From NCBI RefSeq assembly GCF_006345805.1, contig NC_043001.1, positions 118,978,001-119,042,000 of the forward strand: a stretch of 64,000 nt of DNA, given 5' to 3'. Numbering within the stretch: position 1 is the first letter of the stretch; the number at the start of each line of letters is the position of its first letter. The translations under genes were made by a program, and so were the position numbers. Source of the stretch: Octopus sinensis (taxonomy: Eukaryota). This document shows positions 1-11,999 of the stretch, piece after piece. The notes under the pieces were generated by a model. It searched no databases. It saw only the letters and a program-made list of their open reading frames with translations, and was not told where the DNA came from.

Positions 1-611
1 AATATTTTGTGTATTGTAAACATACAACCAATTTATTGAGCATAAATTTTTAAAAAATGGTATGGACGTCCCCAAAGGTGATATGGATCCCAGTTGAGAA
101 CCACTGATTTAATTGAATGGGCTCTGCCCATGACCACCACCGTGAGATTAGAACCCAACAAAAATGCCTGATGTTTATCTCCTCATAGCGTACCTCTCAC
201 TCTCTCCTTTTCGTCTCTCTTGCTTTATCTCCCGCCTTACTCCCTATTTCTTCTTCACACACACACACACACACACACAGAGGCACGCACACACACATAT
301 CTCCCCCTCCCCTCCTCTTTCCCTCTCTGAATCCAGTGCATGTTCATATTTGGGCATCCGAGGTAGGTGTTTACATCGAAAGGTGAATGTAGACTTGCCT
401 TTCTGTTGTCACTGGCGACACGGCCAAGTTCCTCCTTTCGAAAACACGCTCACACGGACACAGACGTTTAGAAATTAACATAGTGATAGACACCGATTGT
501 TACAGATATATACATATATATACACACATACATACATGCAAGCAGACAGACGGACATGCATACGTACTTGTACACACGCACATACATATGTGTGCGTATA
601 ATTATGTATAT

Positions 612-642
<31 letters not shown>

Positions 643-653
643 GTACATATATG

Positions 654-689
<36 letters not shown>

Positions 690-699
690 TATATGTATG

Positions 700-742
<43 letters not shown>

Positions 743-1403
743 CACACACACAAATACATATATATATATATTATGTGTGTGTGTGTGTTTGCGTGTGTGT
801 GCATATAATTAGGAAAATAGATAGATGAAGCAACAGTTCGACATAAAAACTTACAAGTAGACAAATATAAAGGTAGTGAGATGAGAGAAAGATGTATAGG
901 AGATTTTGTAAACAGAGAGAGGGAGAAAGTAAGACAAAGAAAGAGAGAGAGAGAAGGAGGGAGAAGAGAGAAATAGATAGATAGATACAAAGACATATAG
1001 AAAACTATACAACTAGGGAGAGAAAGAGAGAGATAATGGAAGAACAAGTTATATGTACGGACAGAGGCACAGATGGTGGGCTTGCATAGGTAGGCAGAAC
1101 TTACGTAGCTCAAATATACGCATATGGACACACCCATATAATTACATTTATACACACCTATTATAAGATAGAGAGATCGATCGAGAGCAGAGGAGAGCGT
1201 TAGTGTGTGTGTGTGTGAGAGGGAGAGAGGGAGAGAGAGAGTGGGTGAATGAGAGGGAGATTGAGTGAGAAAGATTGTGAGAGAAGACGAGAGAAAGATG
1301 AATAAAAAGGGAATGTGTTAAAATTCAAACGCATACATAAATACACACATACAGATACTCAGAAAATTTCAAGCTTACATATACACACACGTATACACAC
1401 ATG

Positions 1404-1443
<40 letters not shown>

Positions 1444-1624
1444 CATGCATACACGCATACAAGGACGCTTTCAAATACATAATACATTTGCACTTTTTTA
1501 TGTCCATACATGTATACTTATGTTGACTTATATATCTTTATGCATATATAAATATATACATGTGCAGGCATATGCACATGTAGAGCATAAATACCTTCCA
1601 GCATTCATCCAACGGTACCTGCAG

Positions 1625-1674
<50 letters not shown>

Positions 1675-1828
1675 TATATATATATATATGTATATGTGTG
1701 TGTGTGTGTGTATACATACGTACATACATACACATATACATACACACACACATATATATATATATATGTATATGTGTATGTATGTACGTACGTATGCATA
1801 TATATATATATATATAGTGAAGAAATAA

Positions 1829-1882
<54 letters not shown>

Positions 1883-2094
1883 ATATATATTTATATTTAT
1901 AAATACATGACCACATACATAGGGTATATATGCATTTAAGCTCGCAAAAATGACATATAACCCCAACACATTCACGCATAAATACATACATGTGCAAATC
2001 CATTCACATAAATACTCATTTACATATACACATAAAAACACTCCCTATATATTATTGAATGCATAAAATCATGCATCCGCACATACGCACACAC

Positions 2095-2306
2095 ATATAC
2101 ATACATCCATCCATCCATACACACATACATACATACATACATACATACATACATACATACATGCATACATACATGCATACATACATACATACATACATAC
2201 ATACATACATGCATACATACATGCATACATACATACATACATACATACATACATGCATACATGCATACATACATACATACATACATACATACATAACACA
2301 CATACA

Positions 2307-2340
<34 letters not shown>

Positions 2341-2505
2341 CATACACACATACATACATACATTCATACATACATACATGCATACATACATACATACATA
2401 CATACATACATACATACATACATACATACATGCATACATACATACATACATACATACATACATACATACATACATACATACATACATGCATACATACATA
2501 CATGC
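2095..2505. repeat. (CATA)n microsatellite, ~410 bp
   Basis: Read directly; it is the source of the MYVC/HTYI ORFs. Confidence 0.95.
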
Positions 2506-3284
2506 ACTGTGAAACAGAAATCTCCTCAAAATAATCTCCGTATACTTCCAGTGTTTATATACCCTTAGGCTATGAAATACTTCTGTTCTCCATACATTAT
2601 TATCTGAACAATTTGTCCAAGTAGGCTTTAGTTTTTCGCTTACCAATATTCTACGTATTTTTTTTTAATCTTTATTTGTTTGCTATTTTTTAATAATCCA
2701 AAACCCACAGTCAAAATGGCGACAGTGTGGTGCAGCAGATCTAAGAACGCCAGAAGCTGTTTTTATTTTCTCTCTAATCTCTTTTTCTTCCCTTTCCAAT
2801 ATCTCCCTTTCCAATCTCACTCTTTTCTTCCCTTTTCTCTCCTTTTAGTTCTACATCTCTCTGTTTCATTAGTTTAACTGTCTCTAATTTTTTCTCTCTC
2901 ACTTCCTCACTCAATCGAAATTCGCACTCTTTCTACACACTCATCCACACTCACACTCTCACTCTCTCCCCGTTCTCTCTCTCATCATTCACCATCCCTT
3001 AACTGCCTTCTCTCTTTACTCTCTCATGCTTTCTCTCTTCGCCATCTCTATTCTCTCTCCTCTCTCTCATTACTCGCTATCTGTGTTTATTCTTTCTATC
3101 ATTTTTTACACACTCCCTTCTACACCGTGAAACTTTCTGGATTTTATTTATATTTTAAGTATTGTTTTTTAGTTTATTTTCCTTATATCTTCAATATGTC
3201 GGTTTCAAGAAGCGATTCATTTGTATTTGTGTTTATGCATACACTTACGCACAGGCATACACATACAAAGATAAGCGAATTTCT

Positions 3285-3285
3285 T

Positions 3286-3358
<73 letters not shown>
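3285..3358. repeat. (TATC)n microsatellite 5' of the Tx1 fragment
   Basis: Read directly. Confidence 0.95.
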
Positions 3359-3359
<1 letters not shown>

Positions 3360-4778
3360 GCGTCCGTCATCTACTACCGCCTGACCGTCGTACCTTGTCC
3401 CGACCCTACCATCACCAAACTACAACGCATTCTCTTTCGCTTCTTGTGGAAAGGATGCGTCCCGATGGTCAGGCGATCCATTTGCTGTCAACACCCGTTA
3501 AAAGGAGGGCTGGACATGCCGTGGTTGATGATGCGCAGACACGCGCTGAGACTGCGACATCTCTGGCTCTATGTAGACGACGGTGAACAGGTGTGGTCGC
3601 CGTTTGTGAGGCACGCTTTCCCGCAGCTCGTCTCCATGACCTAACTGCAGTCGTGGATCAAAAAGAGGCCGAAGAAGGGCGAATGGCACCGCGAGTGTCG
3701 CGTTGCTCTCAAGCAACTCTGCCGTCCTGGGTCGACCTTGAGTGACTTCAACACAACCAAAGCATTCTATAGGGGTTTAGTGGAGGGGAGGTACGACGAC
3801 GAGCTCGGGGCGAACCTGGACGTCGACGAGGAGTACCTGACCCGCCTGTTCAGGACGACTTTCGGGCCAGGGCCCATGGACAACTTCCAGAGATCCCTGG
3901 CCTGGCAGTGCTACCGAGAAGCGCTACCCGTTCGGGATAAGCTCTACAGACACGGCTCGAGAAACACGGGGCCGACCTGCCCGAGATGCGGTCAGAGCGA
4001 CGAAACCGTTCTGCACGCACTCGTGCAGTGTCCAACAATTTCCGACCTGTGGGCTTGTGTCGAACAACTGCTGTCACGTGTGGGACGAGTCGGTTTATCA
4101 GCTGAGTCTATCGTCAATATTGTCACGCCTCCCTCCTTCAAACGGGAAGGAAGAGCTATTTTCATCATCCTTGTGGCTATGGCGAAAGAATGTATCTGGT
4201 GGACGCGTCTGAAAGGATTGGAGACAAACACTTTCCTCTCTGGTCAATCTCTCATCAACTTCTTCAAGTACCACTTGAAAAGGAAAGTGAGAGTAGAGAG
4301 GCAAGTTTTGTCTAGCGAATGTTTTAAAAAAAGATGGGTGAATGTAGCAAGAATGGCACGTATGAATGACGAAGCCACCTTGAGCATGATCCTATGAACC
4401 CAGAAATTGAAAACAGAGAGTTGCTTATTTGCAAAAAAAAAAAAATGAAATATAACATGTGACTCCATTGACCGAGGTTACCGTGGTCTTTTCCGTAGGC
4501 TTTTCTTTCCACGGGTAAACCTCACCTGTCCTCCCCTTTACACTTCATATTGACATTTCTGTGATAACGATCCCTATTGATCAATTTTTTTTTTTTTTCC
4601 TCTCCCCCTTTTTTTTAAACCCCCTTTTTTTGTCCTCTTTCTCTCCTTTTACGATCCCTTTTGATCGAAACTCCCCCTTCCTTTTTTTTAAATTTTTTTT
4701 TTTAAACCTTCAAAAGAAAAGCTCTACCTTGTAATTTGTTCTATCTGTGTGCAGCCCTGTGTGGATAATAAAGAAACA
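3359..4778 (+). mobile_element. 5'-truncated Tx1/L1-clade non-LTR retrotransposon (ORF2 C-terminus + 3' UTR)
   Basis: One reading frame from ~3359 to 4397 is broken by a single TAA (3642-3644). It reads ...YYRLTVVPCP...ILFRFLWKG...GGLDMP...YREALPVRDKL...TCPRCGQSDETVLHALVQC (CCHC/zf-RVT-like), typical of the L1/Tx1 ORF2 end. A T-rich 3' UTR ends in AATAAA, and (TATC)n lies on both sides. Confidence 0.9.
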
Positions 4779-4859
<81 letters not shown>

Positions 4860-4876
4860 GTCTGGCTGTATGTCTG

Positions 4877-4955
<79 letters not shown>
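4779..4955. repeat. (TATC)n microsatellite 3' of the Tx1 fragment
   Basis: Read directly. Confidence 0.95.
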
Positions 4956-4956
<1 letters not shown>

Positions 4957-5479
4957 ATTAGACATTAGGAAATTTTCTGTGGGTGCTTCCTACTCGAAGA
5001 ACATAGAACTTTGCAGTAGATGTGGTTAGATGAAATAATGTTTAACCAATTGAAAATACAACCCTAATGAAAAAATAATAACTACAAAACAGATAATTAA
5101 ATAAATAAAATAAACCACTGATCAGTGTCAGTGAAAATTTATTCGAAGAAAATGTGAGTGAACTCTCAAAATTTCAATCAACAAAAAATTTAATTTCGCA
5201 TCGGCGGGTAAGATTAATTCCCATCTTTAGCAACCGTATTAGGACATGTTTCAGTCTTGCTGGATCTTTTTGAACAGAGTATAATGTAGGCGCTGGCAGT
5301 CAAAATCTCTGAACGACTAATACAAGAAACTTTCTTGTATGAAGAACATTTACAGACGAATCAAATTAAAATATTGTATATTTTGAAGTATAACGAAAAG
5401 GACGAGTACTCATTGTATTTAATAGATTATATTAGATTATAGAAACATTTAAATCTGATAATTCCCTTTCGTCGTTCTT

Positions 5480-7240
5480 CAGAGTTTGTTGCTATGTCCT
5501 GATGACTCGCTCGTAACGAGAGGCCCTGCGTAAGAGATTAAGAGAGTCCTCAACAAAGTAATGCTTATAGCTTGCATGAATCCCGCTCGAAATGCATACT
5601 GAAAAAATCCAAACCTGCCAAAGGGTTTGCCAAAACCAAGTTGAAAACAACTAACTTTCTTTGTATGGATGGATGACTTCAAGTTATTATCTTATCCAAA
5701 GTGTAAGAGTATTTAATAGAGATATTGAGACGCAGTTCGGGTTAAATAAGTGCGTAATGTTAATTATGAAGAGAAGCCAAAGGATAAACCTCTGATTGTA
5801 TAAAATTACCACAAGATGACATCATTAGATTGCTGAAAATTGTTGAGAGATACAAGTACCCATGAGTGCCGCAAGACTATGAAAGGAGAAATGAAAGAAA
5901 AATGTCTTCAAAGAGTATAAGGGAAGACTTAGAAAGGTACTCTAATAAAAATTAGTTGGAAGGAATATTATCAAAGTAATAGATACATGATATCACAGAG
6001 ATAGTTCTAGAAAGCAAAGAATACAATCAACTAACTAAAAGAGAAACTAAGTGTCAAGTGTATTCAACAACATCACTATTTACCAAAGCAATATAGCAAA
6101 GAGAATCAAAATACCATTGAGAGGAAGTTTGTCACTAGTCAAAAATGCTGCTATTAGATATTGAATGAAGATAGTGAATAAAAATAGAGAGCCTACTCCA
6201 ACAGAAGAATCAACCATCTAAATTGATGGCTTTATAGTTTAAAGCATAAAGAAAAAGCAAATAGAGGGTCATCAAACTGATGGACCAGGTCATGGAAGAT
6301 ACTAAACAAGCTACAGCACAACTGATTAGGAGCAAGAAATAACCTAAATGAGATACAGTGATGTAACTACAAGAGAATTACTTAGCAAAGAGTATGCTTG
6401 TGTAAGAAGTGCTGGTAAGAAATGAAGCGTGCTCTGCTGAAAATAACATGTTATTTGTCATGAACAACAGAGCACAAATGAGATGAAAAGAAAACTGGAT
6501 TTAAGAGGAATCAGATGAAGTGTTCAGGAGAAAATAATTGGTATGTATATGTGATGTATAAAGGCTTAACCTACCAAGAAAGGAAGGAGGCAGAAGACAA
6601 CGTTAGTTGTGCGATACTGGGTTTAAAAAACTTGTGCGTGGTACAGAAGGAGTAATATGGAAACTAGAAATGCTCAAAAAGTTACTGAAGCAATATAATT
6701 CAAAAGCAGAAGGCAACAATAAAGCAAGTAGATGGAAAGAGAAGGAATTATATGATTAATTCATGCATCAAACTGATAATGCTGGAAGTAAAGAATGCTA
6801 GTTTTGGCGGGCAGACGAAAACCTGAAGAAGGAGACCGAATCACAAATTATAGCCGATCAAGAACAAGCCATTAGGATGAATTTGGTAAAGGAAAAGATT
6901 GATAAAACAGAGTCAGACAACAAACGCAGAATCCGCGAGAAATGAGATGAAAGTATTAACCATCTCTTGAGTGAATGCAGTAAGCTAATAGAAAAAGAGT
7001 ATAAGCGCTGGCATGATTGTGTAAGAATGCATCGGGATGTTAGCAGAGACAATAGGTGCAAAGTAGCAGAAAAGTAGTATGAACACGCGCCTGAGGCCAT
7101 GATTAAGAATAACAACAGGATTTTGTGGGGTTTTTCCATGACTAACTCTACTATTGAAGCAAGAAGACCAGATATGATTATACAAGAGAAAAAATAAGAA
7201 ACAGATTTGTAAGACCATAGAGCAGATACTAAGAGAGCAA
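5480..7240 (+). mobile_element. Degenerate R4/Dong-like (RLE-type) non-LTR retrotransposon
   Basis: Manual translation across stops and frameshifts gives WMDDFKL (RT YADD region), FGLNKC, LKKETESQIIADQEQAIR, ESINHLLSECSKL..KEYKRWHD (zinc-knuckle region) and IEARRPDMII (RLE PD motif). Confidence 0.8.
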
Positions 7241-7580
7241 CCTTAGAATCTCTGAGGCCATCCTCATACAGCAAAAGAAACCCAAGTTCAACAACAGAAT
7301 AGAGTTACAGGAAGTTAGCTCGTTGCTATAGCAACACTTTTCCGCGCATGTACACTCCACACACGCTCACACACGCACATCGGTAACATTCATCTATTTG
7401 AAAATGGGGTCAAAACCTCGAAATATTGACTACAAGGTAGGTCTACATTATTTCACATATTTTTTTTCTTCTGATTTACGTTGCATTTACTTCGCATTGT
7501 TTTGGCCTTAACCACGATACAATATATTCTACACAACGCTTCATAGTAATTATTCCATTATAATATATATATATATATAT

Positions 7581-8197
7581 TTTTTTTTTCTCTCTAGTTT
7601 CAGCTCAGAGCTGCGGCCATGCTGATGCACCGCCGTTTTGTGCCACACTGTTATTGCGAAGAACCTCATCTAATATGTAGCACTTGGTGAAGAATGGAGT
7701 TTGATATAGCTACTCTCATTTGCACCTCTTACCGTGCGGTAGGTTCATCTGGGACTCTTGACAGGAAGATGCCCAGCTTTGATTTAAAAACCGCTACATC
7801 TACTTTGTGCAAGTTCCTCAGACTCTTTGGGAGAATATTAAAAAGCTGTGGGCCCTTGAAACCCAGGCTGTTGCAGAAGCTGGTCCTGAAGCGTGATAGC
7901 ATTGCTGGGATCTTTGGCACTATGCAGTGTCGTCCCGTTCTAGCATTGGTGTAGCTTACAATGCCAAAATTTGGCACAATTTCTTCCAGGATCTTCCAGA
8001 CATATATTACTGCATACCTCTCCCGTCTTCTCTCCAGGGAGTAGAGCCTTAGTTGTTTCAACCTTTCCCAGTAGCTGAGCTGTTGCAAAGAGACGATCTC
8101 TTTGTTAATCTTCTCTGGATTGATTCAAGGTCCGCTGTTAATTTTACACTGGTGGGTGACCATAGCTGTGAGCAGTAATCCAGGCGGATATATATAT
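7581..8197 (-). mobile_element. CR1-clade LINE 3' fragment (ORF2 C-terminus + 3' tail)
   Basis: RLDYCSQLWSP...LESIQRR...LSYWERLKQLRLYSLERRRERYAVIYVWKI...FKSKL..FLSRVPDEP; the 3' UTR ends in an A-rich/TA tail at ~7581. Confidence 0.88.
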
Positions 8198-8359
8198 ATA
8201 TATATATATTTATGAGTCTCGAAATGTTTTCCATTCAGTTTGTTTGCTAAATTTTGTATATATTAAATACACATTAATATATAAAAAAATCTATATTTGT
8301 GTGCGTGCGTATATTTATATGTGTTTGTATGAGCATAAATACGTATGAGCATATAAATT

Positions 8360-8540
8360 CATGCATATAAATGTATATATATATATATGCATACATGCAT
8401 ACATACATACACATTCGCACACACACATATGTGTATACATACATGCAGGCATACATACATATTTATATACATGTATATAGATATATATATATATATATAT
8501 AATATATATATATATTATATATATATATATATAATATATA

Positions 8541-8629
<89 letters not shown>

Positions 8630-8650
8630 TATATATACATTCATATATAC
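8360..8650. repeat. (TA)n-dominated microsatellite; similar tracts at ~500-800, 1385-1905, 20330-20400, 28335-28470, 30420-30550, 30900-31010, 35570-35920, 37380-37715, 41600-41740, 52570-52740, 63580-63725
   Basis: Read directly. Confidence 0.9.
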
Positions 8651-9402
8651 AGACATATTACATACATTCATATATATATATGTATAAGCATAAATTTAAA
8701 TGTAAATATAAATATGTGTGTGAGTGTGTGTAAGGGGATGTGTACATACAGAAACACCGACACCTTCGCAATCCTTCCATAAATGCTGTCAGTAACATCA
8801 GGTTTCTTAGTTAGCCCGAAGGTGAAAGGTATTTATTGTAGAACTGCCTCAAGTCGAACGGCAGGAGATTGTAAAGTAGTCAAACTGTGATTATGTTAAA
8901 CTGGAAGAACAGATATTGGTCATAGAGATGGGAAGGTAGAGAATGATTAAGAAGGAAGTTGGGGAATAAGAACTGAAATATTGGAGGAAGATTTAAGCGT
9001 GAAAGAATGAAAGAAAGAAATTAATAAACAAAAATTACAGACATAAAGAATGAAAAACTGGTGTGAACGCAGGTAGATCGATTTGTAGGAAGAAGTGAGG
9101 AAAAGTATGAGAAGATTATGAGAAATAAGAATGTCAAGCGTTGATTGTAGAATTAGTCCCTCTCTCTCCCTCCTTCTCTCTCGCTCCTCTCTCTCTCCCT
9201 CCTTCTCTCTCGCTCCTCTCTCTCTCCCTCCTTCTCTCTCGCTCCTCTCTCTCTCCCTCCTTCTTTCTCTCTCGCTCCTCTCTCTCTCCCATCTCCGTCA
9301 TCTCATTCCATTCCAGCACTATTTTCAATATATCTTAATGTTTCCTTCACCTAGCGAATATAATCTTATTCAAAAATATACAACTTATTATTTTAAAAAT
9401 TT

Positions 9403-9620
9403 TATTCGTTTCAGTCATTGGACTGCAGCCATACAGAGGCACCGCCTTGAAAGGTTTAGTTTAATAAATCGATACAAGTATTTATTGTTTTTAAAGTCTG
9501 GTACTTATCTATCAATTTCTTTTGCTGAAGCCGCTAAATAATGTGGACGTAAGCAAACCAAAGCCAGTTGGTAAACGGTGGATGTGATAAACACAAACAC
9601 AAAGATACACTCATAAAAAC
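9403..9620 (-). mobile_element. SINE 3' half (same family as 32765-33222)
   Basis: Shares gactgcagccat...caccgccttga...ctggtacttat...gccgctaa...ggacgtaa with 32775-32970. Confidence 0.65.
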
Positions 9621-9639
9621 ATAATACATATGTACGAAC

Positions 9640-10190
9640 GTATATACGTGTATGGTGGCTGCCCCCTCGTTATCGAGTATGGCCATTGCACGAAGCTTAA
9701 TCAAGTTGTTATCGTGCAATGCCTGTGCAAGAAGATTTTTTTAAAGTGAGGAATGGCTGTGCACTGAGTCAATCCCACTCACTAAGCAACAGCAGCCATA
9801 ATCCGAAAAGAAGAACAAGTCAACATCATCGGTAGCCACTGAGCCGCAGGTTTTATGTCGGAGTTATCCCAGTTACCTGAGTTACCTTCTCCTAGAAGGA
9901 TGCCCTAACAAAGGCTAGGAGTCCTTCACTCCCAATGGTTTAACCGCGCGATCGGGTATTCAGTCCGATTATTTCTATGTCCTCGCGCATGATACATCCT
10001 TAAGACATTTATTGGATGGCCGTTGACTCTCAAGAGTTCCTCTGCCCTTTGACGGGTTTTGTTTTTCATCCCGCAGGGTGTCCAATAAACACCTCCTCAC
10101 CAAGCAAGCTTGGTGGGGTTGCCGGTTTAGTCGCCGACGACCCGACCATGCAACAGGTTGTACTGGGTTACATGTTAACAGTGACCTGAC
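9640..10190 (-). mobile_element. Unclassified ~550-bp non-coding interspersed repeat
   Basis: The reverse complement aligns by eye to 27251-27570 (gtaacccagtacaacctgt...ggtcgggtcgt...aagcttgcttggtga...ggacaccctg...agtcaacggccatccaa) and to a short piece at 37961-37990. It is flanked by (CATA)n. Confidence 0.6.
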
Positions 10191-10478
10191 ATAAACATAC
10201 ATGCATACATACATACATACATACATACATACATACATACATACATACATGCATACATACATACATACATACATACATACATACATACATACATACATAC
10301 ATACATGCATACATACATACATGCATACATACATACATAATGTATGTGATAACCAATGCAGACAGTTGAGTTAACACAAAATATATCCTCCACATCATGA
10401 GCAGTTGTCCAAAAATATCATCACGGTATTATCTACCGATGTGACATGGCACAGTAGCCAGAACACTGTACTTGACCG

Positions 10479-10517
<39 letters not shown>

Positions 10518-11999
10518 AATAATTAAATATAGAGATATTCTATTGACAATCCAATAATTTATTTATATTACAATATTACATTAAATACTATGAATATAAT
10601 ATATAGCATAACATATAAATAATTATAAAAACCATAAAAGGCCAACAAATTGTTTCGACATATAATTTTTTTCTCATATACACAGTTCCATTATATATAT
10701 ATATATAGTCAATTCAGCGTCTTTGCTTTAGAAAAAGACGAAATTCCGTGTGAAAGAATGGCTGGATTGTAAAAATTAATTCAAATGTCTGTGTTATGAG
10801 CGTGGGCGTTAACTATTCAATCATTGAAAGTTTCTTTATCTACTGTTCTCGCAAATACCCTAAGGGCACATTACATTCTGCAGGGTTTCCTACAGAATGT
10901 AACGCATTCTGCACGGCATGGTCTGCTCCAGTAAATTTTTGGTGGAAATGCTCTGCAAAGCGGTAGAGAATTTGCATTGTTTTTCTTAAATATTGTTGAT
11001 TCAGTGACATTACATAAAAATGTTTGCAAACCAAGACAGACCACAAATAGCATAAAAACGTACCAGAAAACAGAAAAAGAGTGAAAAGACCTTCGAGTGA
11101 TCGCTCAGCCTGCTAGGAATAGCATCCAAATAATCAGGAAGCCAATCAATATCTTTAAAAAAAAGGACATATTAGATAATGTAGTCCGCGGTATACACTT
11201 CAAAAGACATGATGTCAACGGCTGGAATGGCTTTGATTGATGCTCTGCTCGACCAGAGATGACCCGGGGCTAAACAACAACAACAACGATGCTATGAGAT
11301 CTCTACGTGTAAACTGATAGGACAATGAAAGCAGCGAGGATGTTTCTTTATCGACATATCAATTCCTTTTGAGAAACTGTCAAATATATGTATTTAGAGA
11401 TATATTTAGATAAAACGAAATAGGATACTGAAGGCTGAGTCGGCTCCTATAATAATTGAAGTAATAGAATTGGACAAAGCTTACATGAAAAAAAATCATG
11501 GAATTTTCCAGGCAACATCCATGATAAACAAAAGCCAGGAAGAAATTGAAAAGGATCGAAGTCATATCAGAATGAAGTGAGTTCCGGCATGGGAAAGAGA
11601 GAAACGATATATCATTTCTGTTTGTAAAATACTTGTTGGGGTTGATATGTGAACAAACATAACAAAGCAGTGTTAGTCCTGGCAATAGCGTAGGCAAATA
11701 AAAGAGAATTGATTTTAATGTAGAGAAGTTACATTGAGGAATGTAGTGAAGAAAACTGTGCTGAAGTTATTAATATCATATGCACAAAATCACCATTGGG
11801 CGGAGATCAGATTTATGTACAAAAAAGAAACAGCTATGAATTATTTATAACCTCTTCCAAATAATAAAATCTCGCATGTAAAGTAGTCTGAAAAACTGAA
11901 GAATGAATTTAAACGTATAATGACTATGAGTTTGCTTATATGGAAAAGTCTCCAAAGATGAAAAATGAGTTGATTAAGCTAAAATAAAAAATGTTTAAT

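Noticed and set aside
468-2646. Many 60-200 aa ORFs (YIYI, MYVC, HTYI)
   Set aside because: These are translations of (TA)n and (CATA)n microsatellites that lack stops in several frames. The same applies to such ORFs across the window, including the 200-330 aa Leu/Ser ORFs at 57933-59573.
10060-10185. Twister or HDV-like ribozyme at the start of the unclassified repeat
   Set aside because: Motif fragments (taac, ccaagc, gaggagg) are not in the required order and no nested pseudoknot could be built by eye.
10840-11053. Short ORFs with Cys/His that could be a transposase fragment
   Set aside because: Too short, and no diagnostic motif could be identified.
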